Assembly (NCBI GenBank): GCA_050015395.1
Contig: JBEKBM010000015.1
Location: 11,544-75,543 of the forward strand
DNA: 64,000 bases
Direction: 5' to 3'
DNA from: Candidatus Bathyarchaeia archaeon
GTDB taxonomy: Archaea > Thermoproteota > Bathyarchaeia > Bathyarchaeales > Bathycorpusculaceae
This document shows, in pieces, positions 8,669 to 17,730 of this stretch. Numbering within the stretch: position 1 is the first letter of the stretch; every line of letters begins with the position of its first letter. The notes under the pieces are model-generated. The model worked only from the letters and a program-made list of their open reading frames with translations. It did not search any database and was not told the origin of the DNA. A program made the position numbers and the translations under genes.

Positions 8669-10334
8669 GTTGTCGTTCTTCAAAGAATTTTTCCCTTTTT
8701 CCCTCAGCTATTTTCAGTAGCGTGTTTACGGTGGTGAGGACTTTAGTGTAGTGAGATTCTGGTATTAATTCCCCATTTCTTTTCTCCCAGTCAAGGTAGG
8801 ATGTTACGTAATCTTTAACTGTTGATATCAATGCTTGTTCAGTTTCTTGATAATGTTCCGGAGAGTCTTTAAGGTTTTCTAACTTTTCTTGCAGTTTGAC
8901 AAGAACTTCTTGCAGGAAAAGGACGCCTTTTGATAACATTTCAAGATGGGCGATTCCATCCGATTGTTGTAATTTAACAACCTTGCGGCTGAAGTCCTCG
9001 ACTTCTTTTTCCGCTTTATCGAAGCTTACAGCTTGGCTTATTAACAGAGCCTTTGTCTCTACTCCTTTTGAAGTGTAGAAGTCTATGTCAGCCATAATTC
9101 CCTGTACGTCAGTTTGAGTAATGAGTGCATCAATCACCTTGCTGGACCCCCAATACCCTGAAATATCGTTCGATGACATTTGTGTTCTGGTTGTTATTGC
9201 TTCTTTTAATTTGTTATTAGAAACTTTTATGTTTCGCAAAACATCCCCAGAATAGTTTGCAAGGCATTTGGATACTTCATTTGTTGAGATATCAAGCGCA
9301 TTAACTGAGTTTCTGTCCAGGAACGGACAATTCAACTTAAAGTTTTCTTCGTATTCGTTCAGGTTTAAATCTATGTTTTTTAAGTCCTGGGGGATTGGTA
9401 GTTGTTTATTAGCGACCTCTTGAATCAAGTTAGCAAGATTAGAGCGATTTTTTTCTTGGTTGATTTTTATTTGTGGTCTTTCAGTCGAGTATTTTTTTAT
9501 GAATTTTTTTAATAATTCCTCGATTTCACCTAAATCTATATTATCGATGATAGCAAGGTTTACAGATGTGGGAAACGTTATTTTCTCGGCAATTACATAC
9601 GCCAAAAACCGCTCGACAAGGTCCTCTTGATTTTCTGAACGCAGCTGAAAGACGTATTTGGGGGGTTCAGGGTCCATCTGAGGTTTTGAGGGTTGACCGT
9701 ATATTATTACGATGTTTTCTCGGTATTCTTCATCCAACGGTGTCAAGATAGCTGAGAATGACCATCTTATAACATTGGGGCTGAGCATTAAGTTGTTTAA
9801 ATCGTTCAGTCCCTCTTCGAGTGTTGTCACGTACTTCTTGATTTTGCTCCCTCTGTAACCTACGCATTCTTGAAGTACATCGTACTCAGAAACGTTATTT
9901 TCGATTGTTTCGTTTGTTTCAACAGTCACTTTTTGAGGAGTAAGATTCAAGTCTGTTTGGCTCTTTGAGAATATTTCTTGATAGTTAGTGCCGTTTTCTT
10001 TGAAGAACTTTTCAAAGTTCATACTGTATTTGAAGGCGTCGGATAGGTTGATCGCGAAGTATTGGAGGAATGGAACCAGAATGGTTTCCCTTCCCGGCTG
10101 CTTTGAACGAACTATCTCTCCGCTTCCGAATACTTGTTTGTTGCCCAGATGCGTTTTAACTGGGTACACAAAATAGAATTTTTGGCCTGGTTGAAGTAAA
10201 TATGAGTATTTTTGCGCGCTTAATAATTCAGCTATGTGGTTATCTGCATCGAGTTCTGATGGGCGGGTGTCCCCCGAAATTAGGTATTTGTAGCCGCTGG
10301 TTGAATGAAAGTTTATTCCTTGTATGAACTCCAT
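8568..10334 (-). CDS. Large GTPase-associated protein (globular N-terminus, helical/coiled-coil C-terminus), function unknown
   Basis: Start re-assigned to ATG 10334 (MEFIQGINFHSTSGYK) because it overlaps the stop of the upstream GTPase pseudogene as TAATG. The C-terminal half is rich in E/K/Q/L helical sequence. Confidence 0.8.
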   Translation of the reverse strand: MEFIQGINFHSTSGYKYLISGDTRPSELDADNHIAELLSAQKYSYLLQPGQKFYFVYPVKTHLGNKQVFGSGEIVRSKQPGRETILVPFLQYFAINLSDAFKYSMNFEKFFKENGTNYQEIFSKSQTDLNLTPQKVTVETNETIENNVSEYDVLQECVGYRGSKIKKYVTTLEEGLNDLNNLMLSPNVIRWSFSAILTPLDEEYRENIVIIYGQPSKPQMDPEPPKYVFQLRSENQEDLVERFLAYVIAEKITFPTSVNLAIIDNIDLGEIEELLKKFIKKYSTERPQIKINQEKNRSNLANLIQEVANKQLPIPQDLKNIDLNLNEYEENFKLNCPFLDRNSVNALDISTNEVSKCLANYSGDVLRNIKVSNNKLKEAITTRTQMSSNDISGYWGSSKVIDALITQTDVQGIMADIDFYTSKGVETKALLISQAVSFDKAEKEVEDFSRKVVKLQQSDGIAHLEMLSKGVLFLQEVLVKLQEKLENLKDSPEHYQETEQALISTVKDYVTSYLDWEKRNGELIPESHYTKVLTTVNTLLKIAEGKREKFFEERQQKEQETLKAQKKQIDTQYNDLKETLRVKKNRKR

Positions 10335-11246
10335 TATTCCACTCCGAATGTATCTCTTAACCACTCTAATAGGCGCACGTACTCTTGCCCGTTGTATTCA
10401 ACTATCTTTATGTGCTTACGGTTATTTGTATATAGTGTACTTTGGACAGCCATCTCTATCTATTTCTTCCTTTAATTTGGAGTAAAAAATTTTGAAAACC
10501 GTTCCATCACGCTTGCCAAAACGTAAAATATAATCGTATACTTTGGGAAGATGTTTTTCAGCAATTTCTTGTAGTTGCGTATCACTTGGATTTTCATAGC
10601 CTGGCAACATGAACTTATCATATTTAGAAAATAACAATGCTATGCCTCTTAGATTTCGTCCATGTGCGATGGCGTACTGATTAAATGTATCAAGATACGA
10701 TGCTAAAGCAATGTCAGGGGATTCTCGTTGAGCTAATAGGCTGGAATCTGCCACTAGAATTATCCCTTTTGCTGTGAGCACATTGTTGGTTAAATACTCG
10801 GCGTCTTCTTGTTGTAAACCAGCCTCTAGCAATTTCTGTTTAACTTGATCTGGACTCAACAAAAATTAATTCTGGGAATACCTTAATTAGCGTACTAGTA
10901 GTCTGTCCGCTCATATCTGCGAAAATTAGTCTAATGCTCCTTTTTGACATCAAGAATCGTTGTTTAAATTCTATGTTCAATTGGACTTTTGTATCCTTGT
11001 CACTGTTAGAAGAAAAAATGGAGCTCTTCCATCCAATACGAGGTTATATGCCTCGTGATATAGGTCGAATCCTTGAGCTCTTACAAAAGGCGTGTAGATG
11101 CATTTGAACTCGTCTCAATAATTAACCAAAGTTTGGTAGAGTAAAATTAGGCTTGTTGTTTTTCCAGACGACCGAGGTCCTATAAAGATGACGGTTGCTG
11201 CTGTATCATGTCTATTATCTCTGTTACCTTGTGCGCTACTGCTCAT
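10334..11246 (-). pseudogene. Second TRAFAC-class GTPase paralog, disrupted
   Basis: Reconstructed by hand: GPRSSGKTT; in-frame TGA at 11115-11117 where the paralog has Arg; frameshift near 11015; IFADMSGQ; frameshift near 10861; KGIILVADSS, LLFSKYD; frameshift near 10430; VEYNGQEYVRLLEWLRDTFGVE*. Colinear with 11376-12293. Confidence 0.88.
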
Positions 11247-11375
11247 TTTTGGGTCGCTCTTTTCTTTGGTTAGAGGGTATCCTTCATTATACGGCGAACG
11301 CTGGTCTGGAATGTAAGTGCCCAAGTTAGGGGTTCTTTGAACCCTGTTTGAATTAGGGCCAGATCCTTTGGTTAA

Positions 11376-12293
11376 CTATTCACCAAAGGTGTCTCTAAGC
11401 CATTCGATAAGTTGCCGGTATTGTTGTACGCTGTATTCAACCCTGTTTTGGTGGCGCGCATTGTTGGTATTCACTACAAAAAGGCGCCCACCTTCAGCAT
11501 CGTCTTGTGGCTTCAATACGGAATAGAAAATCTTGAATAGTGTTTTGTTATTTTTAGTGAAATTTGACGCATAATTTTCAGTTTGACACAGGTAGTTCTT
11601 TGCCAGTTCTCTTAATTTTTCAGCCTTTGGGTTGCCGTAGCCAGGAACAGAAAACTGGTCAAATTTCGTTAGTAACAAGGCAAACCCTTTTGGTGCTTCA
11701 CCGTGCATTTCTGCATACTGATAAAGGTTGTTTAGGTATTTCGCTAACTCAGGGTCTGGAGACTCTGGGGTCCCAAGTTTACTCGCGTCTGCGACTAGGA
11801 TTACTCCTTTTGATGAAAGCAGCGTATGTACTAAGTAATCGACATCTTCTTGGTTTATGTTAGCCTCTTCGAGTTGTTCTCGAACCTTTTGTGGGCTTGA
11901 GTTGATGAGGGTTGGAAAAACTTTCATTAATGTTTTGCTGATTTCTCCGCTCATATCGGCAAAGAGCAGTTTGACCTTTTTCTTTTTGTGTATAATGCCG
12001 CCGTCGAATTCGATGTTGAATTCAATTCTTGCGTCTTTTTTGCTTGGCGGCGTCGGTGTAACTGAAATTCCATTGAGTATGAGGTTGTTTGTTTCTACAA
12101 ACAGGTCTAGTGCGTCGTTTTTAATCGATGGAGTGTAAGTACATTTTAAATCGTCTCGGTAATCTATGAGTGTTTGGTGAAGTAAAACTATGCCCGTGGT
12201 TTTTCCTGACTTTGATGGTCCGACGAAGATGACGCCTGCACCTTCCCCTTCGTTATCTTTATTATCTTTACTTATTGGTACTTTAGTGCTCAT
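11376..12293 (-). CDS. TRAFAC-class P-loop GTPase (double-GTPase/GAP-system-like)
   Basis: G1 GPSKSGKTT, candidate G2 Thr in VTPTPP, G3 FADMSGE, G4 LTKFD. Confidence 0.88.
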   Translation of the reverse strand: MSTKVPISKDNKDNEGEGAGVIFVGPSKSGKTTGIVLLHQTLIDYRDDLKCTYTPSIKNDALDLFVETNNLILNGISVTPTPPSKKDARIEFNIEFDGGIIHKKKKVKLLFADMSGEISKTLMKVFPTLINSSPQKVREQLEEANINQEDVDYLVHTLLSSKGVILVADASKLGTPESPDPELAKYLNNLYQYAEMHGEAPKGFALLLTKFDQFSVPGYGNPKAEKLRELAKNYLCQTENYASNFTKNNKTLFKIFYSVLKPQDDAEGGRLFVVNTNNARHQNRVEYSVQQYRQLIEWLRDTFGE

Positions 12294-12342
12294 TTGTCCC
12301 CCTTAACCTCCTCCTCTAACAAGTCTTGTATAGTCAGGTTTT

Positions 12343-12410
12343 TGGATATAAGATTATCGTATTAGCGCTAACCTGATGGATATAAGATTATCGTATTAGC
12401 GCTAACCTGA
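12343..12410. repeat. Exact 34-bp tandem duplication in the GTPase promoter region
   Basis: TGGATATAAGATTATCGTATTAGCGCTAACCTGA twice. The unit contains the palindrome TTAGCGCTAA and a minus-strand TATA-like TTATAT. Confidence 0.95.
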
Positions 12411-12476
12411 AAGAGCATTTGAGAGCTAAAAAAATTCATGTTTACTCATGTGGGCTATCATTTGCAACGGTCTGTG

Positions 12477-13583
12477 TTAGCGTTTTATGTGGTATTGTTC
12501 GATTACGTCTTTGGCCTTTTCCCGTCGTTCCCTGTGCTGTTCGAGGAACTTGTTGAGTTTTTCTGCTATGTCTTTTTTGCATTCGCCGCATAGCATTTCG
12601 CCTGCGCGGCATTTACGTTCACGTTCCGAGAGCTTCCCAGAATCCTCTTCGAAAAGGTAGAAGTAGTATTGGAAGATGCTGCAGACTGTTGGGTCAGCCC
12701 CTGTTTTTCGTTGTTCTGCGGCTGTGCCTTTGCCTCCTGTGAAAGCGTTCCAAATCTTCTTCTTCACCACGTCGGGTGGGTCAATGGTGAATATGCTGGT
12801 TTCGGGCATGCTGGCGCTCATTTTTCCGCCTGCGCCGAGCCCAGGTAGGAAGCGGCAGTGGATCTGCGCGGGCTTATAATAGCCGAGTTTTTGGGCTATA
12901 TCGCGTGTCACTCTCCAGTAGGGGTCTTGGTCGATGGCTGCGGGGATGAGGGCTGGGACATTTTCGCCTGTGAGTTTTTTGTGGATGAAGCATGGTGCGG
13001 CTTGGATGGCTGGCCAGAATACCCAGCCGATGTTGGTGCTGTCTTGGAAGCCAAAGCTGCTGCGGGCGGTGCTGTAAGTGATGCGTTTGGCTACTTCAAG
13101 TGTAATGTCGTACAGTAAATCGATATCTTCGGTGTCATAAATGATGAAAGTGTTCTCTGGTTTGAATCCCAGCGCTATGAGATCTAGGGCGTTTTCATAT
13201 GCGTATTTGCGCGTTTCTTTCAGGTTGGCGTCGTCATCTATGAGGTATTTTTCGTCGTCTGTTAGCTGGAAGTATAATCGCGTATTGAATTTTTGTTGAA
13301 TGTGAAGCGTGAAAATCCATGGAACGAGGTGCCCGATATGCACGGGACCAGATGGTCCCCTGCCAGTGTAAAGGACGAATTTTATGCCTTTATCGTAAAG
13401 ATCCAGAACAGTGTCTAGGTCACGGTGGCTGAAGAATATTTTTCTTTCAAGTTGAACGTGCAGTTTGCCTGTGTCTTTTTCCATTTTCTCAAGAAGTTGG
13501 GTGGTTAATGGTTGGGTGCCGAATTCGCGTATTAAACGTTCGTAGTCTAATTTGCCTTTTACTTCCCAAGGTGTGACTACCAT
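12477..13583 (-). CDS. trpS: Tryptophan--tRNA ligase (archaeal/eukaryotic type)
   Basis: VTPWEV, YTGRGPSGPVHIGH, AIDQDPYWR, KMSAS, AFTGG, CGECK. Confidence 0.96.
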   Translation of the reverse strand: MVVTPWEVKGKLDYERLIREFGTQPLTTQLLEKMEKDTGKLHVQLERKIFFSHRDLDTVLDLYDKGIKFVLYTGRGPSGPVHIGHLVPWIFTLHIQQKFNTRLYFQLTDDEKYLIDDDANLKETRKYAYENALDLIALGFKPENTFIIYDTEDIDLLYDITLEVAKRITYSTARSSFGFQDSTNIGWVFWPAIQAAPCFIHKKLTGENVPALIPAAIDQDPYWRVTRDIAQKLGYYKPAQIHCRFLPGLGAGGKMSASMPETSIFTIDPPDVVKKKIWNAFTGGKGTAAEQRKTGADPTVCSIFQYYFYLFEEDSGKLSERERKCRAGEMLCGECKKDIAEKLNKFLEQHRERREKAKDVIEQYHIKR

Positions 13584-13781
13584 TTCGTTATTGTTTTCTT
13601 CAGCGTTGGATGAAGCCGTCTTGTATCACCAGTCCTATAGTCAAGAGAAAACGCGTTTTATCATATATGCTTTTTCGGTGAGGACGCTATTCTGCTGTTG
13701 GCAGCTGTATGGTTCTGGTTGTATCTATCCGAAAAGTTTAATTTTTCTGGTGATTTACTTATTATTCGGTAATTCAGAAAA

Positions 13782-14015
13782 ATGCAAGAAAGTCGAGTGG
13801 GTTCCAAAGGAGAGCTATTTCCTCCCAAGGAAATGAGAGAAAAACTAGGGCTTAAAGCTTCCACTAAGGTAATATTCACAATCGAATCAGGAAGACTTAT
13901 CGTTGAGCCTGTTCCCACCATAAAAGAACTTATTGAGGCAGGCACAACCATTGAAATAACTCTGGATGAATTTCATAAGGACAGAAAAGAGCTCTCCAGG
14001 CTGGCTGAGGCTTGA
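13782..14015 (+). CDS. AbrB/MazE/SpoVT-family antitoxin
   Basis: RVGSKGELFPPKEMREKLGL...VIFTIESGRLIVEP; overlaps the PIN gene start. Confidence 0.88.
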   Translation: MQESRVGSKGELFPPKEMREKLGLKASTKVIFTIESGRLIVEPVPTIKELIEAGTTIEITLDEFHKDRKELSRLAEA

Positions 14016-14482
14016 AACTTCTACTGGATACAACATATCTTCTTCCAAGCGTAAGCATTGCTATCAAAGAAGTTTCTAAAGACGCAATAATCAAGCTAAA
14101 CACGAAAGGGTATAATATAGTCGTTAGCCGAATAAGCATTTTCGAACTTTTAGCAAAAAGCTCTAAATTCGTTGTCAAAAATGAGCTTTCGCCCGAAAGA
14201 GCAGCGCTCGGCATAAGAGCGATACTTTATGACGATATTATTGAAAAAATATCAACTGACAGTAGCAAAGTCATGTTAACAGCGTTCAAACTACGAAGCT
14301 TGATGAATGACTTTATCGATTGTCTCATAATTTCAACTGCTCTCAACAACTGTGATGCCTTAATAACAGAGAACCAAGACATTCACAACCTAAAGAAAAA
14401 CAAGAAATACCTCGAACTAGTAGCAAGTATAAACCCAAACTTCAAAATCCAAACTTTAGCCCAAATTTGCAGCCAGCAATAA
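14012..14482 (+). CDS. PIN-domain (VapC-like) toxin
   Basis: LLLDTTYL, SIFEL, DFIDCLIISTA, LITENQD. Confidence 0.9.
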   Translation: MKLLLDTTYLLPSVSIAIKEVSKDAIIKLNTKGYNIVVSRISIFELLAKSSKFVVKNELSPERAALGIRAILYDDIIEKISTDSSKVMLTAFKLRSLMNDFIDCLIISTALNNCDALITENQDIHNLKKNKKYLELVASINPNFKIQTLAQICSQQ

Positions 14483-14550
14483 CTTTGGTTCTATGGTTGT
14501 GCAATAGCTTTTTTAATCTTCACTTTTAACTTTATTCGCGGTGCATAAGT

Positions 14551-15579
14551 ATGGCTGAAGATATTTGGGTTCCGATGGATGGAGACACCTTCGTAACTAA
14601 AGACGGCTTCATACTCAACACTTTTGGATACGAGCATCCGGACGACCGCGTTTTTGCATTTCTCAAGTACATTCCAGCGAAATTCAAAGAACTCTTTAAC
14701 GTTGAAATGCTGGAGAGAACCTGGAAATTCGGCGAGAACCAGCTTTTCAGAGCAGAAAAACTCTACACGGCTAAAAACTACCAGACTTTCATTGAAGCCT
14801 TCCGCAAAAACTTTCCAGACTACCTGTACTACTGCCCTTTCCGAAACAAGGAGTTAATAACTGCACCGTTCGAGTTAATCCAGCAGGTTTTTGTCCCTAA
14901 AGACCGTTTGGTCTGGCTGGAAAACCTGCCGAAACGTGATAAGCTGCAACAAATGGCTTTAGACCTCATCCATTTAATATCCAAAGAATCAAACGTGAGC
15001 TTAAGCGATTTTGGGGTTCACGGCTCCATCGCTTTGAACATGCATGCGCCAGAATCAGACATAGACTTTGTTATTTACGGCACAGAAAACTTCCGCCTAG
15101 TAGAAGAAGCCATAGCAAGACTTGTTAACACTGGAAAACTAAGCTACATTGTTGGCAACCGCTTGGAAGCCGCAAGAAAATTCCAAGGAAAATACCAAGG
15201 CAAAATATTCATGTACAATGCAACGCACAAGCCAGAAGAAGTCAAAGCGAAATATGGAGCGTATCGCTATATACCGCTTGACCCAGTGCTCTTCCAAGCC
15301 ACTGTTTGCGATGACACTGAAACCATGTATCGGCCAGCCACCTACAGAATCTCAGGCTACAAACCCCAAGACGACCAATCAGAACTTGACTTGGACAAAA
15401 TTCCCACCCAAGTTGTCTCAAACATCGGCTGCTACAGAAATATCGCCCGCAAAGGCAGCGAAATCAAAGTCGCAGGCAAACTAGAAAGAGTCGAATCAAC
15501 AACTTCAAACGAAGTCTTCTATCAAGTGGTTGTTGGAACAGCAACCTCAGAGGAAGAATACATTTGGCCAACAACTTGA
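14551..15579 (+). CDS. Archaeal pol-beta-superfamily nucleotidyltransferase (COG1665-like), paralog 1
   Basis: FGYEHP N-terminal motif, GVHGS...[10 protein letters not shown]-terminal beta-rich [20 protein letters not shown]. Confidence 0.85.
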   Translation: MAEDIWVPMDGDTFVTKDGFILNTFGYEHPDDRVFAFLKYIPAKFKELFNVEMLERTWKFGENQLFRAEKLYTAKNYQTFIEAFRKNFPDYLYYCPFRNKELITAPFELIQQVFVPKDRLVWLENLPKRDKLQQMALDLIHLISKESNVSLSDFGVHGSIALNMHAPESDIDFVIYGTENFRLVEEAIARLVNTGKLSYIVGNRLEAARKFQGKYQGKIFMYNATHKPEEVKAKYGAYRYIPLDPVLFQATVCDDTETMYRPATYRISGYKPQDDQSELDLDKIPTQVVSNIGCYRNIARKGSEIKVAGKLERVESTTSNEVFYQVVVGTATSEEEYIWPTT

Positions 15580-16637
15580 AACTTCGCGACCGCGATGCAA
15601 TCCAGACAAGTGAAGGCTTAATCTTCCGCGTCTTCGGCTACTCCCACCCACCAGACGCTTACATCTGCGATGCGGAATATGCTTCAGCAAACATTTTCGC
15701 GTCAACCGACCCGAGAGCGCCAAGAACCGGCAGAAACCAGCTTTACTACAAGTTCTATAATGACGAAGGCATGAAGTTGGTAGCTAAGAAGTATCCTCAG
15801 TACTTGGTTTTTCATGAGATGCTTGGGCTAAAAATTGTGGGCGTAAACCAGAATGCTATCATGGAGGCAAGAAAACCTGAGGAGCAACTAGAGGCTTTGC
15901 TTGAGGCTGGGCCAACGGACGAGCTGCTGGGTGCAATGGAACGTGTGCTTAACATAGCAGTTGAAAATTCGGGGTTAAATGCGCGAAATTTTGGAGTTTT
16001 CGGCTCCATGCTTCATGGTTTCCATCACCCAAAGTTTTCAGACATAGACCTGATAGTTTACGGCAAAAAAGAAAACTCCAAAATGAGAAAAACGCTTGAA
16101 GCACTATACGGCGATAAGAGTTCAGGGTTGCATAACGAGTTTGAGTCAGACCGAGCCATGGCGGGCAAGGAGTGGCGATTCAAAAATTTCACTGTTGAAG
16201 ACTTCGTTTGGCATCAGCGAAGAAAGCAAATCTACGGTTTATACGACGATAAAGCCAGTGGAAGAACCATAAAAGCCGAGCTTGAACCTGTAAAGACTTG
16301 GAGCGAAATCAAATCAGAATACGACCCCAAAACAAGAATCCAACAGAAAGGCTGGGTTAAACTCAAAGCACGCATAACAGCGGATGACGAAGCACCTTTC
16401 ATTCCATCAATCTACGGCATTGAGCCAATGGAAGTGTTAAGCGGCGGACCAGAAGCGCTTGAAGCTAAGAGGATTTTCTCTTTCATGGAAGAGTTCCGTC
16501 AGCAAGCACAAAAAGGCGAAGTGGTAATTGTTGAAGGCAACCTCGAAAAAGTAGTGTCGCCAACAGAAAGCTTCCGTCAGGTTACTTTGACTTATTGCCC
16601 ACGCTACTACGAGCAAACCTTGAAAGTGCTGCATTAA
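15564..16637 (+). CDS. Archaeal pol-beta-superfamily nucleotidyltransferase (COG1665-like), paralog 2
   Basis: LRDRD...FGYSHP, GVFGS...[29 protein letters not shown]. Confidence 0.85.
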   Translation: MANNLKLRDRDAIQTSEGLIFRVFGYSHPPDAYICDAEYASANIFASTDPRAPRTGRNQLYYKFYNDEGMKLVAKKYPQYLVFHEMLGLKIVGVNQNAIMEARKPEEQLEALLEAGPTDELLGAMERVLNIAVENSGLNARNFGVFGSMLHGFHHPKFSDIDLIVYGKKENSKMRKTLEALYGDKSSGLHNEFESDRAMAGKEWRFKNFTVEDFVWHQRRKQIYGLYDDKASGRTIKAELEPVKTWSEIKSEYDPKTRIQQKGWVKLKARITADDEAPFIPSIYGIEPMEVLSGGPEALEAKRIFSFMEEFRQQAQKGEVVIVEGNLEKVVSPTESFRQVTLTYCPRYYEQTLKVLH

Positions 16638-17653
16638 ACATGTGACAGAACCATGTAATCCGACGGCTTATTGCCAAGAATCAAACGGTAATATTCGCCA
16701 CCGCTTTTCTTATTGGTTACCAATTCAACTTTTCCCTGAGCCTCAACCGCTTCACCGTTCTCTGCTTGTTCACAGAACCTGCCGCGGAAAGAAACAATCT
16801 CAATTATTGGCTGCAACTTGGGTCCTTCAACAATTCGGACATTTTCAACCTTGTAGGTGCAGGGTGTGAAAAGCGAATCGGTGCTGTCTGCTATTTTGGC
16901 TGTTATTTTTGCGTAGCCGCTGTTCTTGAAGCACACGTCCCCATACTGCTCGTTTACTTCGCTCCAATCTTTCACAAAACGGATAAAATAGTCTGTTCCC
17001 ATGAACTTGCCCTGAAATGCTTTGCTGCTTTCGACTAAAACGAAGTCTTCGAAGCTCATCTGGGTGTCTTTCGAACGGAAATCGAATAGCTCCTGCAGCT
17101 CCGCTCGTGTATAAGGCTTGAACCCCGAATCTTTGCTTTTAAGCAATCTCTGCAACGCGGCGTAAGCTTTTCGGCAGTTATCAACACCGTAAACCAGCGG
17201 GTCAATGTCTGATTTCTCAGTTGTTAATCCTGCCATTATCGAGCCTGAAATGCCTATGCTGCTCCAAGGGATGTTCGCTTCTGCCTTTAGGGTTTCAGCC
17301 AGACGCACCGCCTTACTCTCTAATGTCGTAAGGTGCTTGGATAGTCGTAGTGACGCAAGCTTTTCTGGAGGCTGATAATGCTCAGCTATGTCTGCAATTG
17401 GGACTTCACAAAGCGTTTCACCAAAGACTGGGTCAAAAACTATGAGGTCAGGGTGATTTTGTTGCAGGTACTTGAATCTGTCACCAAGGCTGTACACTTT
17501 GCCGTAAGTGCCTTCTTTGCCTTGCCTTATGCCCTGTGGCGATGGAATAAAACGTGGAAACGCAATAATCTTGAACAGGGGGTGAACTAAGCCTTTAACA
17601 TCAAAAACCACGTTACTTTTAGTCTTAATCAAGTCTCCTTCACGTGCCCTCAT
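16634..17653 (-). CDS. Archaeal pol-beta-superfamily nucleotidyltransferase (COG1665-like), paralog 3
   Basis: AREGD...VKGLVHP, GISGS...SDIDPLVYG, FCEQAENGEAVEAQGKVELV. Confidence 0.85.
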   Translation of the reverse strand: MRAREGDLIKTKSNVVFDVKGLVHPLFKIIAFPRFIPSPQGIRQGKEGTYGKVYSLGDRFKYLQQNHPDLIVFDPVFGETLCEVPIADIAEHYQPPEKLASLRLSKHLTTLESKAVRLAETLKAEANIPWSSIGISGSIMAGLTTEKSDIDPLVYGVDNCRKAYAALQRLLKSKDSGFKPYTRAELQELFDFRSKDTQMSFEDFVLVESSKAFQGKFMGTDYFIRFVKDWSEVNEQYGDVCFKNSGYAKITAKIADSTDSLFTPCTYKVENVRIVEGPKLQPIIEIVSFRGRFCEQAENGEAVEAQGKVELVTNKKSGGEYYRLILGNKPSDYMVLSHV

Positions 17654-17730
17654 CCAAATCCCCCTTACTTAAGCATAGACTACTTGTAGTTTTTCACAAA
17701 CTTAAATAAACGTTTTTTGAACCACTTAAG

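Noticed and set aside
8480-8737. 85-aa hydrophobic ORF on the + strand
   Set aside because: Antisense shadow of the K/E-rich tail and the 80-bp duplication.
11115-11117. In-frame TGA/TAG codons (also 27845, 28166, 48277) as selenocysteine, pyrrolysine or a recoded genetic code
   Set aside because: They fall at Arg or hydrophobic positions and usually co-occur with frameshifts, and intact genes here terminate normally at TGA and TAG.
12343-12410. 34-bp repeat as a mini CRISPR array
   Set aside because: The copies abut with no spacer, and no cas genes are present.
14551-17653. Nucleotidyltransferase triplet as CBASS/cGAS-like or MNT antitoxins
   Set aside because: No adjacent effector, Cap or HEPN genes; length and domain layout match the conserved archaeal COG1665-like family.
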